IMG/VR virus record: IMGVR_UViG_3300044477_000241
Span: 1 to 33,705 of that record
Length of the DNA stretch: 33,705 nt
Reading direction: 5' to 3' (one strand)
Source of the DNA: a virus
Lineage: Duplodnaviria; Caudoviricetes
Made by a program: the position numbers and the translations under genes
The notes under the pieces: generated by a model
Databases searched by the model: none
What the model was told of the DNA's origin: nothing
What the model saw: only the letters and a program-made list of their open reading frames with translations
Shown here: positions 1 through 9,066 of the stretch, in pieces
Position numbering within the stretch: position 1 is the first letter of the stretch
How the letters are laid out: every line of letters begins with the position of its first letter

Positions 1-79
1 CTTATGCCTGAAATGGTCCTTTGCATGCTGATCCGATCCGAGTACGTACACGTCAATATTGCCACTATATTATAATTGC

Positions 80-119
80 AAAAACGGAATGTGCACTTTT
101 TAAAAAACGGAATGTGCAC
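80..119 (+). repeat. Left-end transposase-binding repeats (2 x AAAAACGGAATGTGCAC, 23-bp period)
   Basis: Exact direct repeats at 80-96 and 103-119; inverted copies occur at the right end. Confidence 0.85.
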
Positions 120-131
120 TTTTTTTAAACG

Positions 132-171
132 AAAACGGCCAGCAAAGATAACACTCTGCTGGCCGTTTTTT
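132..171. terminator. Intrinsic terminator, likely bidirectional
   Basis: AAAACGGCCAGCA (132-144) / TGCTGGCCGTTTT (157-169) inverted repeat, downstream of the minus-strand genes at the genome end. Confidence 0.75.
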
Positions 172-194
172 AAAAGAATCTGTTAATTAATTGA

Positions 195-365
195 CTACCT
201 GAACGGTACCCTGTAAATTGTAAGTCCTTGTATTTCAAACGGTAACGCTTTTTTCGATATGCTATTGTAACTCAATCCCTTAGCAATACAGGCCTTCTTA
301 AGATTACCCCAGGCTTCAGGATCTTTACCTGGCGATAAAATTATGATTATTGTTTGTCTATCCAT
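195..365 (-). CDS. Small hypothetical protein (56 aa), possible HTH-type DNA binder
   Basis: Start reassigned to MDRQT at 365, just after the upstream stop. WGNLKKAC..KGLSYNSISK resembles a helix-turn-helix. Confidence 0.6.
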   Translation of the reverse strand: MDRQTIIIILSPGKDPEAWGNLKKACIAKGLSYNSISKKALPFEIQGLTIYRVPFR

Positions 366-372
366 TGTTTTG

Positions 373-1032
373 CTATTTAGAAGGTCTAAGCCTCTTAATA
401 ATTTCATTTTCAATATATTCTTGAATAAGAGAGGCCAATTCAGGATTTTCAGTAAATTCAGAAACTACACGGGGTATGTCAGACAAATAATCAGTTGGTT
501 TATTTCTCAAATCTGCATTACTATTTATTGCTCGTACAAATACATCAATGGTTGTTTCGAGCGTGGAAGCATTTTGGGCTAAGAATACAGCATAGGATTC
601 ATAATTTTGAACTCTATTTTCATAGACCCCTGAATCGTAAATCAGCTCTTTTATCCCCTGAATTTTTTCACCATTGACGTTAACATTGATTTCTGCCCAA
701 TCGTATTTTTTATAGACTTTATCAACGTACTTTCGCCAAACTTCATCAGATACCAATTCTGCGCAATTTTGATTTTTACGCAATTCGAAGTAAGGCATAT
801 CATCACTGACATATTTGCTTACAACGATCTTCATATTTCCACGTAGTGACCATAATTCCGGGAGTCTGTCATTAGCTTCTTTAACCTCAATTGCCAAATA
901 GTTGTTATCCCTGTTATACGCATGTGAGAAGTAGGACATCAACTGTACTTTAAAACCTGCGTTCTTAAGCGCTTCATAAACCATGTAGGTTTCACTTTCC
1001 TCAACCGAATTGATAAATTTAGAAGTTTCCAT
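373..1032 (-). CDS. Hypothetical protein (219 aa), AT-rich accessory gene
   Basis: Long ORF with its own promoter box; no recognised motif. Confidence 0.8.
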   Translation of the reverse strand: METSKFINSVEESETYMVYEALKNAGFKVQLMSYFSHAYNRDNNYLAIEVKEANDRLPELWSLRGNMKIVVSKYVSDDMPYFELRKNQNCAELVSDEVWRKYVDKVYKKYDWAEINVNVNGEKIQGIKELIYDSGVYENRVQNYESYAVFLAQNASTLETTIDVFVRAINSNADLRNKPTDYLSDIPRVVSEFTENPELASLIQEYIENEIIKRLRPSK

Positions 1033-1058
1033 ATGTGCAATTTTTAATTGTTATGCGG

Positions 1059-1066
1059 CAAAGATA
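1059..1066 (-). promoter_or_regulatory. Bacteroidota sigma-A -7 promoter element (TATCTTTG)
   Basis: Matches TAnnTTTG, 27 nt upstream of the ATG at 1032. Confidence 0.7.
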
Positions 1067-1160
1067 CAACGCATAATTGCATTTACCAAATTATTTTGCA
1101 AATATTCTTAAAATAATTGCATTTTTAACATTTCAAAGAACGTGATGATTTAAACGACGT

Positions 1161-1970
1161 TTAAAAGCCGCTTAAATCATAATTAGCCGTCAACATCTCT
1201 ACCTTCTTCTTACGGCCCTTCGGGCTATTATTAGCCACGGTTACTTCCATTACGTATTGTTGTTGCGACCACTTGCACTTCTTCGCGTAAGTGTCCAGGA
1301 TTGGGGATGGATATGATGATAGTAAGAATCGTCCTTTCATTGATTTACATACCTTCAGAAGGTTTTCGAAGTCCTCAAGAGTGTAGCCATCATAGTGTCC
1401 ACAGTCGCTGTTGAAGTAGGGAGGATCGAGATAGAAGAATGAATCAGCGCCATCCCTGGACTCAATGATCCGGATGGCATCGGTACACTCGATCTGAACC
1501 AACTGCAGGCGGATCGAATAGTCCTCGGTGAATGAATCGCGCTTGTTCGCGATCTTCTTAGAGGTTGTATTCTTTGCCTTGTCGTAACCCCAGGAGCCGT
1601 CGATGATGGAAGCAAAGGACTGAGTGGCCAGCGTCCATAGTGCCCACGCTCTCTTGATCTCGTTGAACATATCAGGGTTCTCATAAATAACCCTTGCCTT
1701 GCGATGCAGATCCCGCGCATGGAGGCTGATTCGGATCTCCTGTTCCAGGGCAACAAAGTCATTCTTGACGACCCTGTAATAGTTGATCAGTTCCTTGTTC
1801 GTATCGTTGATCACCTCCACGGGAGATGGCTTTTTTGCGAAAAATACTGCGCCGCCTCCAAAGAAGGGTTCGCAATATAGAGTATGTTCCGGAAGCATCC
1901 CTACAATCTTCCCGCACAACTTCTGTTTACCGCCGTAGTAGGTAATGGGCGTTCTCATCTCTATACTCAT
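1161..1970 (-). CDS. DNA N6-adenine methyltransferase (Dam/D12 class)
   Basis: YYGGK, EPFFGGGAV (SAM-binding), VIND and YLDPPY catalytic motifs. Confidence 0.95.
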   Translation of the reverse strand: MSIEMRTPITYYGGKQKLCGKIVGMLPEHTLYCEPFFGGGAVFFAKKPSPVEVINDTNKELINYYRVVKNDFVALEQEIRISLHARDLHRKARVIYENPDMFNEIKRAWALWTLATQSFASIIDGSWGYDKAKNTTSKKIANKRDSFTEDYSIRLQLVQIECTDAIRIIESRDGADSFFYLDPPYFNSDCGHYDGYTLEDFENLLKVCKSMKGRFLLSSYPSPILDTYAKKCKWSQQQYVMEVTVANNSPKGRKKKVEMLTANYDLSGF

Positions 1971-2731
1971 AATGCAAAGGTTATATTTAAGTTGACATCC
2001 GTTGAATTCAGCGTGTTAACGAACACGTATCCAGTTGTATGATCGATCTGTAATGAAGTGAAATCGCTACCATCATAGGAGGTTACGAATCGCCTGGTGG
2101 CCGATGGACGGTACCCCAGCGGAAGAGTGAAGATCGCACCGTGACCGCTGCTGATTGTAGCGATTCCCTTGATGTGGACAACATTCTGATTATCCTTCCG
2201 GAAGGCCACTACATCTTCCCCGGACTTATTGGCCCAGGTCTGCTCGAATGCTGGCTCACCGTTTTCCCCTACATTGTGCCAAGCCTCGCATAGATTCGAA
2301 TTCGTCTTGATCAGGTCGATTAAATAAGGAGCAGTCGCATCCATATCGTTCATGCCGACGCTTTGAGATATCAAGATTCCGCGCCTGATCTCATAACAGT
2401 CATGAGCATTATGATCAGCGAAGATCTTGTTACCGGAAGGATCATAGCTGACACCGACGGCCCATTTTATGCCCTGGCCATTTACCAATGTAACATTATG
2501 GGCATCAACCTTCAGGACTTCTCCATTCAGACATATGTAACCGGCTGTCGTCGAGTATACACTGCCGTTTATTGAGATCTCGCATCCCGATAATCTGAAG
2601 GAGTCACGTGGTTCTATTCCGAAAGCCGAGATTAAGCCATAAATTGCTTCTCTGATTGCCTCTTCGGAGAAACGGAGATCATCAAGTACGAATGGCATTC
2701 TGCCAGTATCAGTTGTCTTTAATCGATTCAT
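1967..2731 (-). CDS. Short tail fibre / receptor-binding protein
   Basis: Last gene of the baseplate cluster. C-terminal VHIKG...IFTLPLGYRP is typical of phage receptor-binding domains. Confidence 0.75.
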   Translation of the reverse strand: MNRLKTTDTGRMPFVLDDLRFSEEAIREAIYGLISAFGIEPRDSFRLSGCEISINGSVYSTTAGYICLNGEVLKVDAHNVTLVNGQGIKWAVGVSYDPSGNKIFADHNAHDCYEIRRGILISQSVGMNDMDATAPYLIDLIKTNSNLCEAWHNVGENGEPAFEQTWANKSGEDVVAFRKDNQNVVHIKGIATISSGHGAIFTLPLGYRPSATRRFVTSYDGSDFTSLQIDHTTGYVFVNTLNSTDVNLNITFAL

Positions 2732-2732
2732 A

Positions 2733-3233
2733 TCAATAAGGTTGAATTAAGTATCGTTTACCGGCCAGACGGTAGTAATTAATCTGGGCTTTCATTTCAT
2801 TAAATAAGGCGTTGTTATTAGCCGTTAATTCACTATATAATAATGTAGGAACGTTCACCATGAAGTCGAACTGACCTGCGTATTCTGAATAATTACCAAT
2901 GTAGAGCTCTATGTCTTCAGAAGCAGTGGCTATATAAATGGGTTCGAATTCTTCAGCCTGGTTACTCAGGTAAACGAAATCTTCATTTACCACGTCGCTG
3001 ATGAAGATCGGATCGGGATACGAATTGAACTTATCATTCAGGAGCTTCTCCAGGTAGACAACCTGGCTGGTGAACGATACCCGATCCAGCATCGATTCAC
3101 GGAACAGGTCGAATTTAGCCCATAAATACTGCGATTGCGACACCAATGAAGTCAGCCATGCAACCATCGCATCCTTTCTCAAGAATGGTGGCAGCAGTGC
3201 CTGAATTACCCAATTCAAATCGATGTTAAACAT
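2733..3233 (-). CDS. Baseplate wedge protein (P2 gpI / Mu gp48 positional analogue)
   Basis: Follows the J-like gene; LLPPFLR and QVVYLEKLLND motifs. Confidence 0.7.
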   Translation of the reverse strand: MFNIDLNWVIQALLPPFLRKDAMVAWLTSLVSQSQYLWAKFDLFRESMLDRVSFTSQVVYLEKLLNDKFNSYPDPIFISDVVNEDFVYLSNQAEEFEPIYIATASEDIELYIGNYSEYAGQFDFMVNVPTLLYSELTANNNALFNEMKAQINYYRLAGKRYLIQPY

Positions 3234-4038
3234 TAGCTATATAGTTGACTGTTAATGTGTCCAATTTGAAATACCCTGAATAGGCCTCATAGTTCTGGCC
3301 GACGGTGATCCACTGCTGGCTGATTCCGGTTCTGGCCAGAATAGTACCACCAACAGGATCGATGACACCAGCAGCGGCCTGAATAGCATCTACCAATTTA
3401 GTACGGTTCAGAATGCCACCATATTTAATTGATTCCAGGAACAACTGAATTGCTATCTCAACCGGATAGGTTCCATCGGTGATAAGGCTTCCATCAGCAT
3501 TTAATACAAGAGGGTCGTAAACGATTGAAAGGCTAATATTTAAAAGGTCTGGTGGTTGGTTAATGACCGCCACCGGGGTGCCTGCGAATTTCATCGCATT
3601 AATATAGGCCGTAAATGCGTTTTGAACTCCAGTTGAAAGCTGTACCGGTTCACCGGACAAATCCTCTCCTGAGATCTTAATGCGCACCTGGCCATAGATC
3701 TCCTTCACGGCAGCCCTCTTGATAACCTTCTTACTCTCGTCAATGACGGCATATTGATACTTACGATTAATATACTCCAGTGCATCTCCATATTGGAATG
3801 CCAGCGTGATCTCGTGATACCATGCGATGGTACCAGGAATCATATTGGCCACGAAGCTTTCAATTTCGATTTTGAAGACATCCCACAATTGCTCCTGGAT
3901 ATTCATCACAACAGCAATAACGTAGGCCCACAGCCGATAAATAGCGGTCTGTGACGTACTGGTCAATCCCGATAATGCTGATTGGCCACTGATTTGAGCC
4001 AATATCTCCGCTTGTATGATACTTACTTCTCTTGCCAT
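3226..4038 (-). CDS. Baseplate J-like wedge protein
   Basis: Start reassigned to MAREVS (4038); PGTIAWY and KFAGT motifs; gene order. Confidence 0.75.
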   Translation of the reverse strand: MAREVSIIQAEILAQISGQSALSGLTSTSQTAIYRLWAYVIAVVMNIQEQLWDVFKIEIESFVANMIPGTIAWYHEITLAFQYGDALEYINRKYQYAVIDESKKVIKRAAVKEIYGQVRIKISGEDLSGEPVQLSTGVQNAFTAYINAMKFAGTPVAVINQPPDLLNISLSIVYDPLVLNADGSLITDGTYPVEIAIQLFLESIKYGGILNRTKLVDAIQAAAGVIDPVGGTILARTGISQQWITVGQNYEAYSGYFKLDTLTVNYIANV

Positions 4039-4039
4039 A

Positions 4040-4315
4040 TTAGTCAATAATAAAATCGTTTTCAATTTCCATATAATCGATCCCGGTGAGCTTAGCTGGC
4101 TGTGTGGCCACTGTAACACCCTTCTTTGCCAGGTAGGCGCTGATCGCATCACTGCTCTGATCGATCAGTAATTCATCACCAGGATTGAACGTCGCGCAAA
4201 AATCAGTGATCCCATTATCGATCATGATCTGTACGGCCTTCTCAGGCCCACCACAATACTGAGTTGCGAGATCGAATAATGACTGTCCACCTCTTATGAT
4301 CTTAGCGCTCTGCAT
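4040..4315 (-). CDS. LysM / tail X-like baseplate protein
   Basis: GQSLFDLATQYCG...N.I...PGDELLI LysM-like pattern. Confidence 0.75.
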   Translation of the reverse strand: MQSAKIIRGGQSLFDLATQYCGGPEKAVQIMIDNGITDFCATFNPGDELLIDQSSDAISAYLAKKGVTVATQPAKLTGIDYMEIENDFIID

Positions 4316-4592
4316 CGATGTTCAATTTGTCGTTAATATATGATACCTCGTTAACCTTATAACCGTCGCTCTGCAACTGCAGGCGAATCAATTTCCGGTA
4401 GTTTCCATCAATGATGCCATTCACCATTGACGTAACGTTAGCTCCCAGCAATGGAAACTGTTTGAAGTGACCCGGCGCTGCGCGCAGGATCAGTTCGATG
4501 TGCTGATCATCGGATGGACCAATTACGAAATCACCATTTTTAATAATGGGATCAAGATTTTCATCAAGTAATATGTCCTGTACTTTTGCCAT
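4302..4592 (-). CDS. Baseplate gp25/gpW-like sheath initiator
   Basis: GDFVIG.SD.QHI..IL...PG.FKQFPLLG pattern; follows the spike gene. Confidence 0.7.
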   Translation of the reverse strand: MAKVQDILLDENLDPIIKNGDFVIGPSDDQHIELILRAAPGHFKQFPLLGANVTSMVNGIIDGNYRKLIRLQLQSDGYKVNEVSYINDKLNIDAER

Positions 4593-5149
4593 TAATGTTG
4601 TACTTTATTGTCCTCAATTTCCTGAACTGATGTCTGTTGTAACTGCTGAGAGTACCACGATGCTGCTGCAGTCTTCAGAGCCGCTCCACCATCGCTTGGG
4701 ATCGGCGTCCAGGTCGTAAATGCCATTTTAATCGCATTTAAATCCTGTTCAATGGTGTTGAGTTTCTGTACCAGATCGCTGATGTTGATCAACCCACCAT
4801 TGTCGCCACCATTGAGTATCACACCATCATCTGAGATCTCTCCGGAGCTGCTTCCTACCTTGAATAGAATCTTCTCAATATCGCTATATTGCGATACGTA
4901 CCCGGCGTTCTTATTCAGGAAGGCTACGGTCACTCTGCTGTTAGCCTTCGGAATGATGACCACTCCGGAATCCATTGATTCATCCACCTGCAGGCGAACG
5001 CCAGTTATAGGAGCGCTCCCATCGATGGGAGTAACATCCACCAATCGCTTATCCTCATCCACCTGATCAACCGTACAGACAACAGAGTACAATTCTTCAT
5101 TCTGAATAATTGACCTGACAAGGATTCTCAACGCGGTTTTTACATCCAT
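4592..5149 (-). CDS. Baseplate spike (gpV / Mu gp45-like)
   Basis: N-terminal OB-like region (VDVTPID...IPKANSRVTV), C-terminal His, position after the hub gene. Confidence 0.7.
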   Translation of the reverse strand: MDVKTALRILVRSIIQNEELYSVVCTVDQVDEDKRLVDVTPIDGSAPITGVRLQVDESMDSGVVIIPKANSRVTVAFLNKNAGYVSQYSDIEKILFKVGSSSGEISDDGVILNGGDNGGLINISDLVQKLNTIEQDLNAIKMAFTTWTPIPSDGGAALKTAAASWYSQQLQQTSVQEIEDNKVQH

Positions 5150-5150
5150 A

Positions 5151-6137
5151 TTAAAAGCCAGTTAATTGTTGATCCAATGTGATGGTTTGTTTGTAGCCTG
5201 ACAGTCCTGAAGTCTTGCTTACTGTCTTAATTAAATAGCTGCCTGAAGGATGATATTTATCACCCTCAATCGTGGCGATATCGCCCTTCTGTACGGATGG
5301 CGCACCCATCGCTGTGAAGTTGCCGACGTAGCCGGTGAACTTCAGCTCTTCCAATTGCTTCTCTGCATATACCTTAAGTTCCTTCTCTGATACGTTGTAC
5401 TGAAATACTGTCCTCACTTCGCCATCGGAATCACCCACCTCGACTTCAATGCGTGAGTTATCCGGGAGGATTGAAGTGGCCTTGATCTTAAGACGGATAT
5501 CTTCAGCGTTGCGGAACTCGAGATTGTCGTAATTCACGATGTTACCCGTCTCACCCATTCTGAACTTATGTTCAGTGCGATGATCCGTCCAGTAGGCGAG
5601 GCCGCAATATAGAACCTGCTTCCCATCAATATTCCTGAAGTAAGAGTACAGACCATAGGTGTTCTTTAATTCATCGAGGATATTGGCAGGGCTGGCCTTG
5701 GATATGCGAAACTGGCCGAGGCTGACTTCCTTCTCCCCCAGGGGAACCTGGAACGACATTCCTTCCGGGAGGATATCGGTAAGCAGTTCTTTCAGATTGA
5801 CTTTTGAATAGTTTTTTGTAATGCTCCCCTTCTTCAGCATCCACATAGAATCATCAGCGCTCAGACTGACTGGCACACCACTCTTAATGGTTCGCAGGTA
5901 GCCTGTGAATTCTCGCAATAAATTACCATCATAGCCGAGATCCACAGTAACCTGATCACCTACCTTCAGCAACGGATCATCACCCATCGCCACCTGCTTG
6001 CCTTCCCATGTGAATTTCCGTGGGATGGTGATCTTGCAGGTATCCGTGAGCGTCTCTATGCTCTGATCAATGGTAATTGAAACCATATAATCAAAGGCCC
6101 ATTTTCCGATTTCGATATGTGACTGGGGCTGGAACAT
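5151..6137 (-). CDS. Baseplate hub (gpD / Mu gp44-like)
   Basis: LTDTCKITIP, VTVDLGYDG...EFTGY and C-terminal GSYLIKTV motifs. Confidence 0.8.
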   Translation of the reverse strand: MFQPQSHIEIGKWAFDYMVSITIDQSIETLTDTCKITIPRKFTWEGKQVAMGDDPLLKVGDQVTVDLGYDGNLLREFTGYLRTIKSGVPVSLSADDSMWMLKKGSITKNYSKVNLKELLTDILPEGMSFQVPLGEKEVSLGQFRISKASPANILDELKNTYGLYSYFRNIDGKQVLYCGLAYWTDHRTEHKFRMGETGNIVNYDNLEFRNAEDIRLKIKATSILPDNSRIEVEVGDSDGEVRTVFQYNVSEKELKVYAEKQLEELKFTGYVGNFTAMGAPSVQKGDIATIEGDKYHPSGSYLIKTVSKTSGLSGYKQTITLDQQLTGF

Positions 6138-6742
6138 TAGTCTTTTAAAATAAGTTCAATAGGTTCATCGCTGACGGCTTTAATATTAAATGCCTGCATA
6201 TTCTGATATCCCTGGCGTTGCGGAAATTCGTAATCTTCAATCACCAGGTTGTGTATATTGAATAACTGAAAGAATTCTCCAACTACCTCCAGCGCTTCCG
6301 GAATGTTACAGATATCATTCAGGGATGTCACGTCCTCGATCGGATACCGGTATGGATTGTTATCAGCGAAAGCACCGCGAATTGAAATCTGCCAGTCACC
6401 ATTATTGATATATTCTTTAACTGTCCCATTACGGCCCTGCATAGCGGTTTTAACGATTGTTTTTTTCATTTGAAGGGTAACGATGCTCTGCAGTATCTGA
6501 ATCGATTTACCGCCTTCTTTTTGCTCCTTCAGGTAAAAGTCACACCACACAGGTACACCGGAGAAGATCTTCGAGTAAACCTGCTTACCTGTCTCCGCTG
6601 TAGACATCGATGTTGCTTCAGGGCGCGTCCACGATTCCTGGTAATTGCCACCGCCGGTCTCCAGCGGGCGCACCAACGGGACAAAGGGCTTCACTGCTAC
6701 AGTTGCCAATCCGAAAGAATTCAAAATAAATTGCTTCTTCAT
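6137..6742 (-). CDS. Tail tube initiator (DUF6046-like)
   Basis: KTIVKT...GRNGTVKEYI..GDWQISIRG and AVSDEP motifs; follows the tape measure. Confidence 0.7.
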   Translation of the reverse strand: MKKQFILNSFGLATVAVKPFVPLVRPLETGGGNYQESWTRPEATSMSTAETGKQVYSKIFSGVPVWCDFYLKEQKEGGKSIQILQSIVTLQMKKTIVKTAMQGRNGTVKEYINNGDWQISIRGAFADNNPYRYPIEDVTSLNDICNIPEALEVVGEFFQLFNIHNLVIEDYEFPQRQGYQNMQAFNIKAVSDEPIELILKD

Positions 6743-8532
6743 ACGTCTACTCGATTAGCATCATTGATGGCCGTAAGTAATATCTTCGTCACTTCATCCT
6801 TGATCTCAGTTCCGGATTCCTTAACCGTAGCCGCGTGAACATTAATACCACCCTCGTTGAGGTTGGTAATGTAAATGTTGATGTTCTTTTGCTTAGCATA
6901 ATCTCCGCTCAAAGAATTGATCTTTTCGAGCTCTTTATACGGATTCGTGGGATCTGCCTCCATGCCTTCCGGTATGGGATTGTATTTGTTGAAATTTGCC
7001 CACATGTCCTGAACTACACCAGAAGATCCCTTCATCAATTTGGTAATATCTCGCATTTCGATAACCTTATTCGTAAGAATATTACCAAATTTTTCATTTT
7101 GCTGCGTTGCCATATCTGCTGTCATTTCCGCAGCCCAGAGAAAGTTTTTCGATCTCTTTAACATTTCGTCGAAGTATACCCGAGATTTTGTTCCCCTTGC
7201 AATTGTTTCATCATCAAACCCTCGCATCTTGTCGACAAAACTCTGTTCTGCCTTATTCAATTGGGCAGCTAAATCCTCCTGATATTTAATATGGGGTGCG
7301 ATCTTCTCTTGGTTAGCCTGGTACGCAATCTTGTATTTCATTTGCGTATTATACGCCTCAAGGTTGGCGGCCAGTTGCTGAACATTGATATTCTCAGCAT
7401 CCAGATTCTTGAGTACTTCAGGGGCAATTTGATTTAACCGATTGTAATTCTGAAGGCGAATCTCCTGTGGTAATTGCGAATCCATCAGCGTACGAGCGAG
7501 AGCGTTTACTTCAGATTGCTCCGATTGCATGTGAAGAGACATAGGAACCGTGATATACTCTTTTGCCTTATCAATCACTTTTCCCAGGCCACCACTGAGC
7601 TCGACAAGTGGGCCGAGTAGCGCCCCGCTTTGCTCTTTCAGGTCTTTAAATTTGTTATTGAGCTGAGTCATTCCGCCAGTACCGGCTTTTGCCGCAGCCT
7701 GCGCACTGCCGCCAAATTCCGTGTTCAGCTCTTTTAAGATAATCTCCTGAGCCTTCTGTATTTGGCCGGATTTCACATAGGTCTCAATGAGTTTCTTTTG
7801 CTGATCATCCAGTTGAACGCCGGCGCGACGCAGTGCATTCACTCCCTGTATAGGATCGTTGAGAGCCTTGCCAACCTGCAAGGTGGCAGAATTCAGATCC
7901 GTTCCCATCTTGGTGGCCATGTCCTGAATCGCAGGAATGGCGCGATCGTAGATCTCACCTCTAACTTTTGTAAAAGTCAACAAGATGGATTGGGCCTTCA
8001 GGGTAACGTCATTTTCAAACAAGGTTACGTCCTGAAGCTTATCAGCCTGGTTTTGCAGATCTCCGTATTGTTTTCCGGATACACCCTTCGTCGAAATCAA
8101 AGAAGCCTTTACTTGTGCCTCCGCCTGCTGGCCCTGGTTCCACTCCTCGAGGGCTCCACGCGCGAAACCTACGGCTTTCATGACACCGCCGATAATGAGA
8201 CCCGCAACGCCTGCAGCAGCGAAACCACCCATTCCGGGTGATTCCGCAGTTGCAGTTTCCATTTTAGTTTTTTGGATTTTTAAGCGTTGGATTTCGGCGT
8301 TTGCCGACCGAATCTGTCGCAGATCAACGGAGATACGACGTGTGCGATTTAGTTCATCCAGGCGTCGATTAATTTGATCAATCGACATGGTCGCTACGCG
8401 AGACTCCTGAGCTATTTTGCCGAACGATGACTTGATGGAATTATAGGCTACCGTACTCTTACTCTTTAGTTGAGAAAGAGGCCCCGACATCATGTCTTTT
8501 AAAAACGCTGTAAATTCCAACCTGTTACTCAT
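6739..8532 (-). CDS. Tail tape measure protein (597 aa)
   Basis: Helical Ala/Gln/Lys-rich protein with GKALNDPIQG..ALRRAGV motif; follows the chaperone. Confidence 0.9.
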   Translation of the reverse strand: MSNRLEFTAFLKDMMSGPLSQLKSKSTVAYNSIKSSFGKIAQESRVATMSIDQINRRLDELNRTRRISVDLRQIRSANAEIQRLKIQKTKMETATAESPGMGGFAAAGVAGLIIGGVMKAVGFARGALEEWNQGQQAEAQVKASLISTKGVSGKQYGDLQNQADKLQDVTLFENDVTLKAQSILLTFTKVRGEIYDRAIPAIQDMATKMGTDLNSATLQVGKALNDPIQGVNALRRAGVQLDDQQKKLIETYVKSGQIQKAQEIILKELNTEFGGSAQAAAKAGTGGMTQLNNKFKDLKEQSGALLGPLVELSGGLGKVIDKAKEYITVPMSLHMQSEQSEVNALARTLMDSQLPQEIRLQNYNRLNQIAPEVLKNLDAENINVQQLAANLEAYNTQMKYKIAYQANQEKIAPHIKYQEDLAAQLNKAEQSFVDKMRGFDDETIARGTKSRVYFDEMLKRSKNFLWAAEMTADMATQQNEKFGNILTNKVIEMRDITKLMKGSSGVVQDMWANFNKYNPIPEGMEADPTNPYKELEKINSLSGDYAKQKNINIYITNLNEGGINVHAATVKESGTEIKDEVTKILLTAINDANRVDV

Positions 8533-8729
8533 ACTAATGCTCCCTTTACGATGGTTAGCGGATGCCCTTTTTCAAGCGCCCACATGATCTCATTATACGC
8601 AGCGATCCATTCATCATCACTCAATTTCGTCGGATCAATGTGATTATAAATCCGAATGAGCGCATTACATTTTCGAATGAAATCCTTTTCCGGATCAGGA
8701 TTTACACCATCGGAATCTAATTTTTTTTT
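8529..8729 (-). CDS. -1 frameshift extension of tail assembly chaperone (GT analogue)
   Basis: A9 run at 8721-8729. The -1 frame is open (LDSDGV...IDPTKLSDDEW...ALV) to a TGA overlapping the tape measure ATG. Missing from the ORF track. Confidence 0.85.
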   Translation of the reverse strand, partial: KKKLDSDGVNPDPEKDFIRKCNALIRIYNHIDPTKLSDDEWIAAYNEIMWALEKGHPLTIVKGALV

Positions 8730-9055
8730 ATCTCCGCCATGAAGATGACGATCATGTCATTCACCCTGGTGCAGGCACTCAAGAAGAATTCATCATCGTC
8801 AAGAAGGCGTTTGTCGCCCTCCAGGAAGCTTGATCTTAAAACCACTTCCTTTGCACCCAGCGGGTCAAAAGACTCCTTGGACATCGAAGCACTGATAATA
8901 TTACGATCAGGTTTTTTAAATACAGCGGACGCTGTTTCACCCTTGGGGTTGATTGCTTTGATTTCGAAAACCTCAGGAACGCCATACCTTTTTGCAATTT
9001 CATCCAGGCGTTTTTTATCTGCAGGCGAAATTTTTACTTTATCGTCTTTTTTCAT
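8717..9055 (-). CDS. Tail assembly chaperone (G analogue)
   Basis: Lies between tube and tape measure; ends IKKN on a slippery A run. Confidence 0.85.
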   Translation of the reverse strand: MKKDDKVKISPADKKRLDEIAKRYGVPEVFEIKAINPKGETASAVFKKPDRNIISASMSKESFDPLGAKEVVLRSSFLEGDKRLLDDDEFFLSACTRVNDMIVIFMAEIKKN

Positions 9056-9066
9056 TTATTTTGAAA

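Noticed and set aside
143-150. Outward-facing TATCTTTG box inside the left terminator loop
   Set aside because: It sits in a hairpin with nothing phage-encoded downstream; an 8-mer alone is not enough support.
1355-1762. 135-aa alternative-frame ORF inside the methylase
   Set aside because: Ser/Arg/Pro-rich off-frame composition, fully nested.
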